A DNA stretch of 64,000 nucleotides from a virus. Taxonomy: Duplodnaviria; Caudoviricetes. Each line of letters starts with the position of its first letter. Within the stretch, counting starts at the first letter, position 1. This document shows positions 40,779 to 50,840 of this stretch, one piece after another. The notes under the pieces were generated by a model that made no database searches, was not told the DNA's origin, and saw only the letters and a program-made list of their open reading frames with translations. Both the position numbers and the translations under genes were made by a program. The stretch spans positions 2,856 through 66,855 of the IMG/VR virus record IMGVR_UViG_3300042318_000593; one strand, 5' to 3'.

Positions 40779-41363
40779 TTAATAATGAACGTCATCATCA
40801 CTTGGGATATAGTCATGTCCCAAATTGGATAGTTTTTTATATAAGTCGGGATTTCTTTTCTTGAGGTCATTCATATCCTTATATTGTGAAGAAGCACGAT
40901 ACATTAAACGATCTAAATATTTTTGTATATCTTTGTTATAGTATGGACTTTCGTCTCTATTACCAATATAAGTTCCTTGTACCACAGGATCAAAATCGTT
41001 ATTTGGAAATAAATCTTTTAATAAGTTGTTTCTTAGGGCATATTGGTATGCTGTACCATTTTCTATTTCGAAGTCCGACACGGTTACATATTTACTTGCA
41101 AGTTCTCTTACCTTTTCATCGGTTAAATCCTCATTATATTTTTTTCTATTTGTGAATACATCATCAACCAATTTATTACCCCTTAGAAAATTCCATAGTT
41201 TCTTATGTTTCAATGCAAATTGTCTTGGATTAGGATAGTTAACCGCAAGTTCCTTAGCTTTCTTTAATCTTCTCTTATATAGACTTTCAGGTAACGAAGA
41301 ACTACCAAACTTATGTTCGGTTATAATATGATTATATTGAGATTCCGTTATGAGGATTTTCAT
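40779..41363 (-). CDS. helical-repeat protein with capsid-targeting-like leader
   Basis: Leader MKILITESQYNHIITE; three A..Y....F/L repeats like homing-endonuclease DNA-binding repeats. Confidence 0.55.
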   Translation of the reverse strand: MKILITESQYNHIITEHKFGSSSLPESLYKRRLKKAKELAVNYPNPRQFALKHKKLWNFLRGNKLVDDVFTNRKKYNEDLTDEKVRELASKYVTVSDFEIENGTAYQYALRNNLLKDLFPNNDFDPVVQGTYIGNRDESPYYNKDIQKYLDRLMYRASSQYKDMNDLKKRNPDLYKKLSNLGHDYIPSDDDVHY

Positions 41364-41414
41364 ATGTATAAATACCCCGAAATAAAGAACCCTCCGTATT
41401 GGAGGGTCTGTATT

Positions 41415-41759
41415 TTAAAAAACCAATTTACCTAAACGTAACATCACCCGACCCATATACCCCACGGTTCTTTGGTCTTCCCACGTCTGTTGAGTATCCT
41501 TTATTATAAAACTTCTATAAGATGATTCAAACCTATATCCCCGAAATAACTGATTAAGTTCCTCTATACATTCCTGTTTGGTAAGATTCTCCGTTTCAGG
41601 ATAATCCAACCGATGTTTCATCTCCTCCTGAATATAGGGTTTTAATACATTGAATATCTTATAGGACTTTTTTACGTGTAGTATATTCATCTCCATATAG
41701 TCCAATAGACTATCGTAAGAGTAATTGTTTCTTAGGAATTTGAATGTTGTGTATATCAT
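41415..41759 (-). CDS. hypothetical protein with N-terminal FKF[FL] motif
   Basis: MIYTTFKFLR; TATATTTG promoter at 41764-41771. Confidence 0.6.
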   Translation of the reverse strand: MIYTTFKFLRNNYSYDSLLDYMEMNILHVKKSYKIFNVLKPYIQEEMKHRLDYPETENLTKQECIEELNQLFRGYRFESSYRSFIIKDTQQTWEDQRTVGYMGRVMLRLGKLVF

Positions 41760-41918
41760 ATCACAAATATACGAAAAAAATCTGAAAAATTTTTATTTCA
41801 CTTTTTGGAAATATATTTCCATTTACAGGTTTTTACCTCCCGAATGTATTGGGATATTGTAGGAATTAGAAATATAGTTCTAATTTTACTACTCAAAGAT
41901 ATATTCAAGTCCCTTTTT

Positions 41919-43019
41919 TCACTTTTTGTTCCTTCTTCTTTGGTTCCTTATTTGTTCCGAATTGGTTGCCCATCTACAATTGGTTGGTTCATAATTACCG
42001 TCATTATTAATTCTATCTATACTATGTTTTGAAGAAGGTCTTGGTCCTATATCATTACAGAAATTTACAAATCCCATTCCTTTAGGTTCTAACCATCTAT
42101 CACATACAATTATTCCTCTTCCACCATAATTTGGATAGTTATCATTTTTTTCATTATAACAACGACGTTTCATATTCTTATAACGAGCATACATTAACTC
42201 TTTCTCCTTATTGTTCCTTGTAAATAAACCATTCTTATATGATCTTTCTTTTTGAAGACATCCACATGATTTTGTTGTAGGTAGTGTTAATCTTCTAACC
42301 TCCTTTATTGTTCCACATTCACACTCCACAGTAAAAACCATATCATCACCAGTACCTATTTCAGATAAAATGGTTAATTTATTATGTTTATACCCCACTT
42401 TATACTTTCTCTCAGTTGGAGGTTTTTTATTCAGTTCACGTTCTATACGTTTTTGTTCTCTAATCTCTTCCACCTCTTTTTTCTTTATATCCCTTTCCAC
42501 ACGTTTTAACTCCGCAGTCTCTTGTTTTAGTTTCCATGTACATCCACAGTCTTTTATTGCTTTTTTAGTTGCAGTTAATTTACTACTAACGACCTCCCTT
42601 GTTCCACCACATTCACATTTACATAAGAACGTTTTATTTTTCTCACCACCACTTGTAACACGATAACCTATAAACTCAATAACCGTTAATTTATGATAAA
42701 CATTACCCACTTCTATGTGTTTAATCTTTTTTCTTTCAACATTGTTTCTATCTAATACATCCATAACCCTTTCATCTCCAATTCCTAATTCTATTCCCGT
42801 TTTTTTTGCTGTCCCATATTCATGGTATTTGGATATAATATATTCATCAGTATATTTTTTATATTCACCGATAACCGAAACCCCATATGATCGAACGATC
42901 TTTAATACCGTATTACCTGACAAACCGAATTCAATACCCGTCTTTATTGCATTCCCGTTTTTCTTATAAAATTCTATAAGTTTTTCTTTATCTATTCTAT
43001 TAGTCTTTACATTTTTCAT
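41919..43019 (-). CDS. HNH-family homing endonuclease
   Basis: CxCxCG/SCGC repeats; MKRRC...NYGGRGI.VCDRW...SIDRINNDGNYEPTNCRWAT. Confidence 0.85.
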   Translation of the reverse strand: MKNVKTNRIDKEKLIEFYKKNGNAIKTGIEFGLSGNTVLKIVRSYGVSVIGEYKKYTDEYIISKYHEYGTAKKTGIELGIGDERVMDVLDRNNVERKKIKHIEVGNVYHKLTVIEFIGYRVTSGGEKNKTFLCKCECGGTREVVSSKLTATKKAIKDCGCTWKLKQETAELKRVERDIKKKEVEEIREQKRIERELNKKPPTERKYKVGYKHNKLTILSEIGTGDDMVFTVECECGTIKEVRRLTLPTTKSCGCLQKERSYKNGLFTRNNKEKELMYARYKNMKRRCYNEKNDNYPNYGGRGIIVCDRWLEPKGMGFVNFCNDIGPRPSSKHSIDRINNDGNYEPTNCRWATNSEQIRNQRRRNKK

Positions 43020-43250
43020 AAAATTCCCTAAAAATTTTTATTATGAATATACATAAAAAAAGTCATTTTTCAAAAAAATTCTGCAGAAATCCGGAACGCG
43101 TGATTGACCCCCTGTTTAGACCCCCCCTAAAAACACTTAAAAAAGGGGGGATACGGGAGGGGGGACCCCCCCTACTACTATACCCACTACTGATAGGGGG
43201 GTTGCCACACAACATTAGTTCCCGAAGGTTCACCTATGGTTACCAACACT

Positions 43251-43274
43251 TTATCCACAACGGAATGTGGATAA
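43251..43274. promoter_or_regulatory. inverted pair of perfect DnaA boxes
   Basis: TTATCCACA-N6-TGTGGATAA. Confidence 0.6.
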
Positions 43275-43313
43275 CTTTATTTGTATATTCTAACTTTGTA
43301 TTAGTATATTCAT

Positions 43314-43321
43314 TAACTTTG
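43314..43321 (+). promoter_or_regulatory. Bacteroidota-type early promoter
   Basis: TAACTTTG (second copy at 43291-43298) before 43341. Confidence 0.6.
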
Positions 43322-43340
43322 TGGGAACAAACAATAAGAT

Positions 43341-43895
43341 ATGAATATTACAAAAACCGAACTAAAAGATATACTATCAGGTATAGATATCTTTGTCCCT
43401 AATGTGGGATTGACAACATTAAAAAAAGTTAAGATGAATAAGTATCTTGACTTCAAACAAAGTGGTAAACAAAACCCTAACCCTTACTACGACCAAGTTT
43501 TAGTGGAACAAAAGTTATCAAATATCCAAACGGGATTTGATTACGATAGTCAATTAGAACGAAAGTATAAGAACGAGGGAATTACCCCTATTGTAAACGA
43601 GGACAAAAAAGAAAGTCCTTATCAGTTAGTATCAAAGTGTTTAGTTATGTTAAAGTCGGATAACACGAAATTCTATTTTCGTTATCAAGACCACAATAGT
43701 TCTTACCTTGATACACGATATTTGATTGAGGGTAATAGTATTGAAAAGTTATTGTTTCAACAATATATGATTGATACCAAGTCCGACTATTCAAAGTATC
43801 AAAATGGTTTAGAGAATACTTTAAACTATAAGGTAATGTCTTTAGACCACATTAAAAGAATTAAAATTCTTAAACAAGAATACACAATTCTTTAA
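43341..43895 (+). CDS. hypothetical early protein
   Basis: 184 aa, first gene of the + strand block. Confidence 0.7.
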   Translation: MNITKTELKDILSGIDIFVPNVGLTTLKKVKMNKYLDFKQSGKQNPNPYYDQVLVEQKLSNIQTGFDYDSQLERKYKNEGITPIVNEDKKESPYQLVSKCLVMLKSDNTKFYFRYQDHNSSYLDTRYLIEGNSIEKLLFQQYMIDTKSDYSKYQNGLENTLNYKVMSLDHIKRIKILKQEYTIL

Positions 43896-43915
43896 GGTTA
43901 GTTCCCCCACTAACC

Positions 43916-43944
43916 GACCACTCCGAAAGGGGTGGTTTTTTTTT
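43916..43944 (+). terminator. intrinsic terminator
   Basis: GACCACTCC-GAAA-GGGGTGGTT plus T-tract. Confidence 0.8.
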
Positions 43945-43973
43945 GACCATATTCACCTCCGTAATCCATAATG

Positions 43974-44294
43974 TTGTTTGGCATTTGTCATACAACCCAT
44001 AGATATCTGTGAATCATGTAAAGTTGTTTGGCAATTGTCATACACCCACAGATGTCTGGACACCGGGGAATATGGTTTGGCAAATTCAAATTGAAAGAGA
44101 AGATAAGGTTCCACGTCCGTGATTTTATTGTTTGGCAAAATTTGTCATACAAACCCTCTTGAGTCCCCGACGGGAAAATTGTTGTTTGGCATTTACGGAT
44201 ATGGTATAGTATATCTACGGATATTATCGGATATGCCAATCAAGTTTTGGTAACCGATCAGGATGTTGGGGGTTCGGTATTACATGCCAATCAA
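43974..44294. repeat. phased array of seven TTG(T/A)TTGGCA motifs
   Basis: Starts at 43974, 44024, 44073 (variant), 44128, 44182, 44234 (rev), 44285 (rev); spacing 49-55 bp. Confidence 0.85.
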
Positions 44295-44419
44295 TATCGT
44301 AGCTCTGTCCACAGGTGAAAAATCTTGGTATTACATTTAACATAGGTTTAACAAGTAATTCTTAATAGATAAGAATTATAAAGAAAAAAGTATTATATTT
44401 GTGGTCTAAAACAAACAAA

Positions 44420-44662
44420 ATGAAAAAAGCAAATGTTGTGATTATCTCACAAAACGAATTCGGTGTTGAACCAAACATTACTAAATTGTTCTTATCTACT
44501 AATGATGAATGTTTCAAAGAAAGTGGTGATACTTTTGATGAATACGTTATTGAACAAACTAATAATGTGGTAGGTATGTATAATCATTCAATCGTATTGG
44601 GTGAAGAAACTTTTGATAACCTCTATGAAGTAGAGTGTGAAGAAACTGAAATGGAGTATTAA
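44420..44662 (+). CDS. small acidic early protein
   Basis: Start MKKANVV after TATATTTG (44394-44401). Confidence 0.65.
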   Translation: MKKANVVIISQNEFGVEPNITKLFLSTNDECFKESGDTFDEYVIEQTNNVVGMYNHSIVLGEETFDNLYEVECEETEMEY

Positions 44663-44693
44663 ATTATTGTTGGTTCTGGTTTTTCATAACTTT

Positions 44694-44720
44694 CCCCTCG
44701 TAGAAATACGGGGGGTTTTT
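44694..44720 (+). terminator. conserved CCCTCGTA-type terminator
   Basis: CCCCTCGTA-GAAA-TACGGGGGG-TTTTT. Confidence 0.8.
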
Positions 44721-44761
44721 GTTTTATGAAGATTCCGTTGTAGAATCGTCTCCAGGAAATG

Positions 44762-45036
44762 TTGTTTGGCAGGAAAGTTCTCTAAATGTTGTCCCCTTGG
44801 TTTTACACTATTTACTAAAAGTTCTCTAAAATCCTATGAAACCCTTTGTGGTATTGAGTTGTTAGTCGGGGTGAATTCCCGACAGTGAAGTCCTGTACAA
44901 TTTGTTTGGCAATGCCAATCAAAATATTCTGATCAGTCGTCCCACGGGGGATTGTCGTATTACATATGCCAAACAATATATTGACCGGGTCTTCTTCCCA
45001 CGGGAACTCGTATTACATATTAACAATGTTTTAACA
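44762..45036. repeat. motif-rich spacer (TTGTTTGGCA/TGCCAAWCAA, CGTATTACA, TTAACA-N5-TTAACA)
   Basis: Motifs at 44762, 44902, 44913, 44956, 44967, 45009, 45020-45036. Confidence 0.8.
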
Positions 45037-45103
45037 GATATATCATAATTTATTTTGTGATATCAAAACTTTGTATTACCTTCGGGGTCTAAATATAAAT
45101 GAT

Positions 45104-45316
45104 ATGATAGTAAATGATGTTCTCGTAAACCCAAATATATTAATGGGTAAAAGAGTTAGACTTATTGAACCAATGGAAGATGACCCTCAACCAATTTTGG
45201 TTGGTCGTGAAGGAGTTGTTTACAATGTTGGTTTTGATGTTGTAAATGTTAAATGGGATAACGGAAGAAGTCTCGGTCTTATTATTGGTAAAGATATTTT
45301 TGAAGTATTAAATTAA
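45104..45316 (+). CDS. DUF4314-like protein
   Basis: GKRVRLI..M.DDPQPI..G..G.V...VKWDNGRSLGLI.GKD; promoter TTTG-N19-TACCTTCG. Confidence 0.7.
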   Translation: MIVNDVLVNPNILMGKRVRLIEPMEDDPQPILVGREGVVYNVGFDVVNVKWDNGRSLGLIIGKDIFEVLN

Positions 45317-45321
45317 TTATT

Positions 45322-45585
45322 ATGTTAGTAAAATATACAACCCAAGAATTTAAAACAAGTAGTGGTAATGAAGTATCTATCATACCTACTTTTTATAAAG
45401 TTAAAATTAAAGTAGATTACCTCAATAGAAAAGACGGAAATATGAGTAGTAGTATTATTACAATACCTATGAATAATCTTGGTGACCTTATTACCGAACT
45501 TAAAAAATTAGAGAGAGAATATAAGGCACATAAAATTGTTGATGATATGTGTAAGGAATTAAATAATGAATTAAATATTAAATAA
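45322..45585 (+). CDS. hypothetical protein
   Basis: 87 aa ORF in operon. Confidence 0.6.
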   Translation: MLVKYTTQEFKTSSGNEVSIIPTFYKVKIKVDYLNRKDGNMSSSIITIPMNNLGDLITELKKLEREYKAHKIVDDMCKELNNELNIK

Positions 45586-45587
45586 AA

Positions 45588-45758
45588 ATGGAAAAATTCA
45601 AATGTTGTTTATGTGGTAAGGAAGTTGAGGGTTATGGTAATGACCCAAGTCCTATACAAACTGAAAATGAGAATGACGAATGTTGTGATGAATGTAATCT
45701 GGCAAAAGTCGTTCCTGCAAGAATGGAATTAATATTCACTAATCTAAAATTAAATTAA
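45588..45758 (+). CDS. small zinc-finger protein (56 aa, not in ORF track)
   Basis: CCLCG...GYGNDP.P...CCDECN...VVPAR; fills the gap exactly. Confidence 0.7.
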   Translation: MEKFKCCLCGKEVEGYGNDPSPIQTENENDECCDECNLAKVVPARMELIFTNLKLN

Positions 45759-46109
45759 ATGTTAATTAAATTAACCCACAGAGGTACACCAACATTAGTA
45801 AATGTTGACCATATCGTTTCTATCTATATGGATACTGATATGAAAAGTGGTTTGGTACAATCCAAAGTAACCACAAGTAATGGAATTGTTTTCGTTGAGG
45901 AGACGTTGAATGTAATCCAAAAATTAGCTTGGCAAGTGAAGAATGGTATTCCACCTGAAATGGACTATGAAGTTCCTACTATTGATAGTAGAATAGAGAA
46001 ATCATATAACAATGATAGACCTTTGTCTTACACTCCAACAAGTCATAGAGTTCGTACTCCTATGAGAAGAAATTATAACCCTCATAATTTCAACGATAAT
46101 AACTATTAG
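45759..46109 (+). CDS. FlbD-like small protein
   Basis: IKLT...LVNVDHIVSI...VEETL pattern. Confidence 0.5.
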   Translation: MLIKLTHRGTPTLVNVDHIVSIYMDTDMKSGLVQSKVTTSNGIVFVEETLNVIQKLAWQVKNGIPPEMDYEVPTIDSRIEKSYNNDRPLSYTPTSHRVRTPMRRNYNPHNFNDNNY

Positions 46110-46139
46110 TTTTTCTGTTTGTGAGTTCATATTGTGTTT

Positions 46140-46167
46140 CCCCTCGTATTACGTACGGGGGGTTTTT
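46140..46167 (+). terminator. conserved CCCTCGTA-type terminator
   Basis: CCCCTCGTA-TTACG-TACGGGGGG-TTTTT. Confidence 0.8.
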
Positions 46168-46214
46168 ATTTTAACCCCTTAGGTACTACCCGTGAAGTTA
46201 CAGTGCCGCAGGAG

Positions 46215-46528
46215 GATATTGTTTGGCAACGTAATACAAGTCAAAATGAAACTTATCGTTCAAACACAAGTCATTTATTAATCATTTTGACACCTATTTG
46301 ACCGATAAACGTATTACATATGATCGATAAACTTACCCCGTCACCCTGATCGTCCGTAGGAATTTTGTTTGGCATGTTCACGTATTACGAATGTTCACGG
46401 AACGTGAACAATAAGAATTAGTGAACAACACGACTTGCTACAGATCCTGGTGAGAATTTGTTTGGCATTTGCCAATCAATATCCGGATGGTGCCAACAGG
46501 TGAAAAATTCTTTAACAAAGTTTTAACT
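46215..46528. repeat. motif-rich spacer
   Basis: TTGTTTGGCA at 46219, 46365, 46458 plus inverted copy at 46470; four GTTCAC/GTGAAC; TTAACA box 46512-46528. Confidence 0.8.
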
Positions 46529-46584
46529 ACAATATTTGTGTATGTTATATAAAAGACTTACCTTTATACTCTAAATTAAACACT

Positions 46585-47127
46585 ATGAAAAAATTTGAAT
46601 TAGAAGTCGTTCAAGACACAGACCCTGAAAGTCCTCGTACTTGGGATAACTTGGGTACAATGGTTTGTTTTCACAAAAGGTATGACTTGGGTGATAAGAC
46701 TGATTATCGTACGGAAGATTATGATAGTTGGGAAGAATTAAAAGAAGGTATCATTAAAAACGAAGGTGAAGTTGTTATCTTACCTTTGTATCTTTACGAC
46801 CACTCGGGTATAACTATATCCACAAGTTCGTTCAGTTGTCGTTGGGATAGTGGTCAAGTTGGTTTTATCTTTGTATCAAAGTATAAGATAAAGAAAGAAG
46901 GTATTGATGAAACAAAAGTTGAAGAATACCTTAAAGGTGAAGTTGAAACTTACGACCAATACCTTACGGGCGACGTTTGGGGTTATAAGGTATATGAAAT
47001 TGAAACTTGTGAATTAGGACACGAACATAAAAACGAAGTTGAAAGTAATTGGGGTATGTACGGACACGATGAATGTGAAAGTGAAGGGAAGTCCGTAATA
47101 GAACATTGGGAAAAGATAGTTGTGTAG
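46585..47127 (+). CDS. conserved acidic phage/plasmid hypothetical protein
   Basis: DPESPR, LPLYLYDHSG, WDSGQVG, YDQYLTGDVWG; promoter TACCTTTA at 46559. Confidence 0.7.
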   Translation: MKKFELEVVQDTDPESPRTWDNLGTMVCFHKRYDLGDKTDYRTEDYDSWEELKEGIIKNEGEVVILPLYLYDHSGITISTSSFSCRWDSGQVGFIFVSKYKIKKEGIDETKVEEYLKGEVETYDQYLTGDVWGYKVYEIETCELGHEHKNEVESNWGMYGHDECESEGKSVIEHWEKIVV

Positions 47128-47153
47128 AAATACATAAGGTTGGAAAGGTGAAG

Positions 47154-47180
47154 ACCCTCGTAGAAATACGGGGGTTTTTT
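47154..47180 (+). terminator. conserved CCCTCGTA-type terminator
   Basis: ACCCTCGTA-GAAA-TACGGGGGT-TTTT. Confidence 0.8.
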
Positions 47181-47217
47181 ATTTACGAGAAGTTTTGGTT
47201 CGGATCCCATCTGAATG

Positions 47218-47416
47218 TTGTTTGGCAGTTCGTATTACACTTACCTGATTCCCACAGCGCATGCGTTGAAACTTGTTTGGCATTTGCCAATCAATATCAC
47301 CACTGGACAGACATCCAAAATAAATGATCAATTTTGCCAAACAATATGTCCACTGGTCCTGAGCTGGAAATAAACTGGTTGAACATCGTATTACATGTGG
47401 ATAACTATGTGGATAA
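47218..47416. repeat. motif-rich spacer with tandem DnaA boxes
   Basis: Motifs at 47218, 47273, 47285 (rev), 47335 (rev); CGTATTACA x2; TGTGGATAA at 47396 and 47408. Confidence 0.8.
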
Positions 47417-47499
47417 GTTTATTAAAATATATTCTAAATAATTTGGAATATATAAAAAAATATTCCTTATCTTCGTGGTCTAATCAAAAAATAATTTTT

Positions 47500-48267
47500 A
47501 TGTCACAACAAGACAAACAAGTAGGTTCTATCATAAAGACAACTTCTTATGATAGATACAAGTTCAACTCATTACAAAGAGTAACAAAAGAGAAACATGT
47601 AAAAGACTTAATGGAAAAGATGAAATCTCATGGATTCTTACCAAACAAGGCTATTAGTGTTAATGAAAAGAATGAAATCATTGACGGACACCACCGATAT
47701 TTGGCGGCTAAGTCATTAGGTATTCCAATGTTAATTCAAGTTTGTAAGGGTATGACACAAGATTCAATTATCCAAGCGAATCAGTTACAAGAGAATTGGA
47801 ATAAACACGATTTTACAAACACCTACGCGATTCAAGGTAACCCTAACTATATCGCGTTAAAGGAGTTTATGGAAAAGTATCCTAAGTTTAAAATGACACA
47901 AGCTTTAATCTTATTGGTAAATGAACCTAACGCTCACCCAAGAGCCAAAGTTTTCCAAAGTGGAGAATTTAAAATTGGTTCTATTAAAAAAGCTGAAGAA
48001 GTTGCTAAGAAGGTTGAAGAATTGGCGATACACCACCCTAAAGCTTATGGTTCTAAATGTATCTCAGCCTTAATGTGTTGTGAAATGAGATGTAAAGGAT
48101 TCTCATTCAAAGAATTCATTGAGAAGTTATCTAAATTCCCTGACAAATTAACCCCAAGTATTACAACTAAAGCTTACTTAGAGAAATTTGAAGAAGTTTA
48201 TAACTATCACAGAGCGAAGAAACAACAACTTAGACTAAGAGATTTATCTTCGGATTTTGAAAAATAA
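47500..48267 (+). CDS. ParB/Srx N-terminal domain protein
   Basis: QR...HVKDL...ISVN...IIDGHHRYLAAK.LG; start MSQQDK after TATCTTCG. Confidence 0.75.
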   Translation: MSQQDKQVGSIIKTTSYDRYKFNSLQRVTKEKHVKDLMEKMKSHGFLPNKAISVNEKNEIIDGHHRYLAAKSLGIPMLIQVCKGMTQDSIIQANQLQENWNKHDFTNTYAIQGNPNYIALKEFMEKYPKFKMTQALILLVNEPNAHPRAKVFQSGEFKIGSIKKAEEVAKKVEELAIHHPKAYGSKCISALMCCEMRCKGFSFKEFIEKLSKFPDKLTPSITTKAYLEKFEEVYNYHRAKKQQLRLRDLSSDFEK

Positions 48268-48292
48268 AATGTTTTGGTTAGTTGATAATAGG

Positions 48293-48324
48293 AGTCCTCA
48301 TCGTTAATTCGGTGGGGATTTTTT
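48293..48324 (+). terminator. intrinsic terminator
   Basis: AGTCCTCATCG-TTAATT-CGGTGGGGATT-TTTT. Confidence 0.7.
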
Positions 48325-48356
48325 ATTTGGTATAACACCTGTGGACATAAAATATA

Positions 48357-48570
48357 TTGTTTGGCAAACGTATTACAACCCATCTTGAGTCAGTTTACTC
48401 AGTTAATGTTGTTTGGCATTTGCCAATCAATATCGGGGGATCGCAGCAGGTGGACACATTTACATCAAATAGTGTATTATATTACACATTCGTTTGTCTT
48501 TTTATTATTCGTATTACATATTACATCAAATAGTGTATTATATTACACATTCTTTAACAAAGTGTTAACA
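48357..48570. repeat. motif-rich spacer with exact 32-bp duplication
   Basis: Motifs at 48357, 48409, 48421 (rev); TTACATCAAATAGTGTATTATATTACACATTC at 48460 and 48521; TTAACA-N5-TTAACA box. Confidence 0.8.
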
Positions 48571-48626
48571 ACTATTATTTGGTGAGTAATATAAAAAGAC
48601 TACCTTTATGTTCTAAATTAATTTAT

Positions 48627-49475
48627 ATGAACGAACAAGTAAAAACATTATTAGACAAAACCAACCTGAATTGGTCGGTACGTCAAGAGAACATTCAAAC
48701 CACAAGTGGTATTATTGTTCCAAACAAAAAGGCAATCGTTAGAGATGACAACAACATGATCGTTGGTTTGCATTCTGATGGTTATGTTCCTTATCAGAAC
48801 CATGAGTTGATGGACTTATTACATCAAGTATCGGGTAGAACGGGTTTAGAAATTCATCGTGGAGGTGAGTTCAAGGATGGCGGTCGTATCTACGTTCAAC
48901 TAAAAGGAAATGATTTGAAGTTAGGTAATGACAGAATTGAAGGTTTCTTAACGGGGGTGAATTCTTTTGATGGTTCAACATCATTAGCATTTGGTCATTC
49001 TAATACGACTATCAGTTGTATGAACACGTTCTTTAGAGTTATGAGTGGACTTCAAAACAAAGTTCGACACACAAAGTCTATGTCTTTAAAAGTTGAAGAC
49101 ATCTGCAGACGTTTGGATATTGTTTTGCAAGAAGAGAAAGAAACATTCAGATTCATTACTGAATTGAGTGAAACACGTTTTGACGATTTGTTGAAGGAGA
49201 AGGTGACACGAAAATTGTTTGGCATCAAACCTGAAGTTGATTTAAATGATGAAGATGCGTTATCTACAAGAACACGTAATAACTTATCAAGATTCTACAT
49301 TGACTTAAATGGTGAGTTGTCTCAAAAGGGTGATAATATGTGGGGTTTATTTAGTGGTGTAACAAAATACACTACACACTCTTATAGTAAGAACGATAAT
49401 ACCGAAGCAAAAATGTTCGGTGGTATTGGTCAAGTTGAACAAGAGATATTTTCAGATTTGGTTCATATGGTTTAA
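48627..49475 (+). CDS. DUF932-family protein
   Basis: LNWSV, AIVRDD, Y.PYQN, GGRIY, NSFDGS, ISCMNT, RHT, WGLFSGVT.Y. Confidence 0.85.
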   Translation: MNEQVKTLLDKTNLNWSVRQENIQTTSGIIVPNKKAIVRDDNNMIVGLHSDGYVPYQNHELMDLLHQVSGRTGLEIHRGGEFKDGGRIYVQLKGNDLKLGNDRIEGFLTGVNSFDGSTSLAFGHSNTTISCMNTFFRVMSGLQNKVRHTKSMSLKVEDICRRLDIVLQEEKETFRFITELSETRFDDLLKEKVTRKLFGIKPEVDLNDEDALSTRTRNNLSRFYIDLNGELSQKGDNMWGLFSGVTKYTTHSYSKNDNTEAKMFGGIGQVEQEIFSDLVHMV

Positions 49476-49502
49476 TAGTTAGGTTTGTGTTTTCCCCCTC
49501 CC

Positions 49503-49530
49503 GACCCTCTACGAAAGTAGGGGGTTTTTT
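49503..49530 (+). terminator. intrinsic terminator
   Basis: GACCCTCTAC-GAAA-GTAGGGGGTT-TTTT. Confidence 0.8.
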
Positions 49531-49566
49531 ATTTTATCAAAATACGCACAGTGCCGGCGAGGAATA

Positions 49567-49738
49567 TTGTTTGGCAATCGTATTACAAATACTAGCGCCT
49601 GGTAAGCATTGTGATGTTGTTTGGCAACAGCGTATTACACTTGTTACCTTTTTATATAAATTAGTAACACTGCCAAACAATATCGTAGATCCGATCACAG
49701 GTATTACATCTGTTAATTTCTTTAACAAAGTTTTAACA
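49567..49738. repeat. motif-rich spacer
   Basis: Motifs at 49567, 49617, 49671 (rev); GTATTACA x3; TTAACA at 49722 and 49733. Confidence 0.8.
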
Positions 49739-49795
49739 ATTCAATTTGTTTGATAAAGAAAAAACAATTATCTTCGTGGTCTAAACTTATTAAAC

Positions 49796-50053
49796 ATGGA
49801 CAAGAAAGAAATTACCCGACAACTACAAGAAGCTTCTAATTGGATTTATGAAATATCTAATTATGAAGAAAATAATGAACCACATATCAAAGATATGTTG
49901 GAGGGTATTCAAAATGCAATTAATAAATTATCTATGGATGTTATTGAAGTAGATGTTAGTTTTTATCACCCTGACGATGATGAAACCAAAAAGGTTTATG
50001 ATGAAGAAGGTATGAGAGAAGAATTTGAAAACAAATTAAAACAATTAATATGA
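49796..50053 (+). CDS. small acidic early protein
   Basis: 85 aa; TATCTTCG promoter at 49769. Confidence 0.65.
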   Translation: MDKKEITRQLQEASNWIYEISNYEENNEPHIKDMLEGIQNAINKLSMDVIEVDVSFYHPDDDETKKVYDEEGMREEFENKLKQLI

Positions 50054-50304
50054 AACTACACATTTTAAAAATCCACGACAGGAATGACCACTTATCTGAT
50101 GATTTTTTTCTTACTATTCCATTCTTAAGAGATAGAGTGGTAAAAGATTGGTATGATATATGGAATGAATCAACTATTACCAAACAACAAATAATCGAGA
50201 GTGATGAATTGTTATTCGACTATATGGATAGTTTTGGTTATGATGTTGAAACCATTTTAACAATCACCGAACACGACATTAATCAAGTTTTAAATAAAGT
50301 ATAA
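50050..50304 (+). CDS. hypothetical protein
   Basis: 84 aa, translationally coupled. Confidence 0.6.
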   Translation: MKLHILKIHDRNDHLSDDFFLTIPFLRDRVVKDWYDIWNESTITKQQIIESDELLFDYMDSFGYDVETILTITEHDINQVLNKV

Positions 50305-50543
50305 TGATAGTAGAACTAAAATCCGTCGCATCAGTAATCGACACAGAAACCAAGATTGTTTATCCCAAATATGAGATGGGAGGGTTCGACAAATTGTCTG
50401 GCAGACATCTCGACGATTTGGATAAGAAGTTTGTGGATGAGATATCCGAAGCTGATATCACACTAATTAACGAATCACTTAAACCAAAAGTAGACCCATA
50501 CGACGATTTGTTTCGTAAGGTGGGTGTAAGAAATAAATTTTAA
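50304..50543 (+). CDS. hypothetical protein
   Basis: 79 aa, translationally coupled. Confidence 0.6.
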   Translation: MIVELKSVASVIDTETKIVYPKYEMGGFDKLSGRHLDDLDKKFVDEISEADITLINESLKPKVDPYDDLFRKVGVRNKF

Positions 50544-50546
50544 GTT

Positions 50547-50840
50547 ATGAAAAATAATGATAGAATAATTGAGTTATTGGATGAGTTGAATACTTTGACT
50601 TTAAATGATTTTTTAGATAATTTGAAGTGGGAAGATATTAAACACTACAAATATAAACAGCCATCAGGTACTCCAATATATAGACATTTTGTTACCATAC
50701 CACAATATTATCCGAAGGGTACTAAAGATATTAGATATCGTTGTAAACCCATTTATGGTGGTAGAATGGATGAAGTGGATTTAAACAATATTAATTATAG
50801 GTCATATGTAATTACTAAAATTAAAAATAAACTAACATGA
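50547..50840 (+). CDS. hypothetical protein
   Basis: 97 aa in operon. Confidence 0.6.
   Translation: MKNNDRIIELLDELNTLTLNDFLDNLKWEDIKHYKYKQPSGTPIYRHFVTIPQYYPKGTKDIRYRCKPIYGGRMDEVDLNNINYRSYVITKIKNKLT

Noticed and set aside
43043-43402. 119 aa ORF across the divergent junction, and similar spacer ORFs (43953, 43988, 47106, 48361, 49487, 49537, 55030, 56824)
   Set aside because: They translate homopolymer tracts, terminators and repeat motifs (recurrent VVWQ/LFG/CQT) and lack proper promoter context
43974-44294. CRISPR array interpretation of the ~52-bp periodic repeats
   Set aside because: Conserved core is only 10-14 bp, occurs in both orientations and inside ORFs, and no cas genes are in the window
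46458-46479. Similarity of TTGGCA..TGCCAA to the eukaryotic NF-I site
   Set aside because: Spacing differs and the context is a bacteriophage; treated as coincidence
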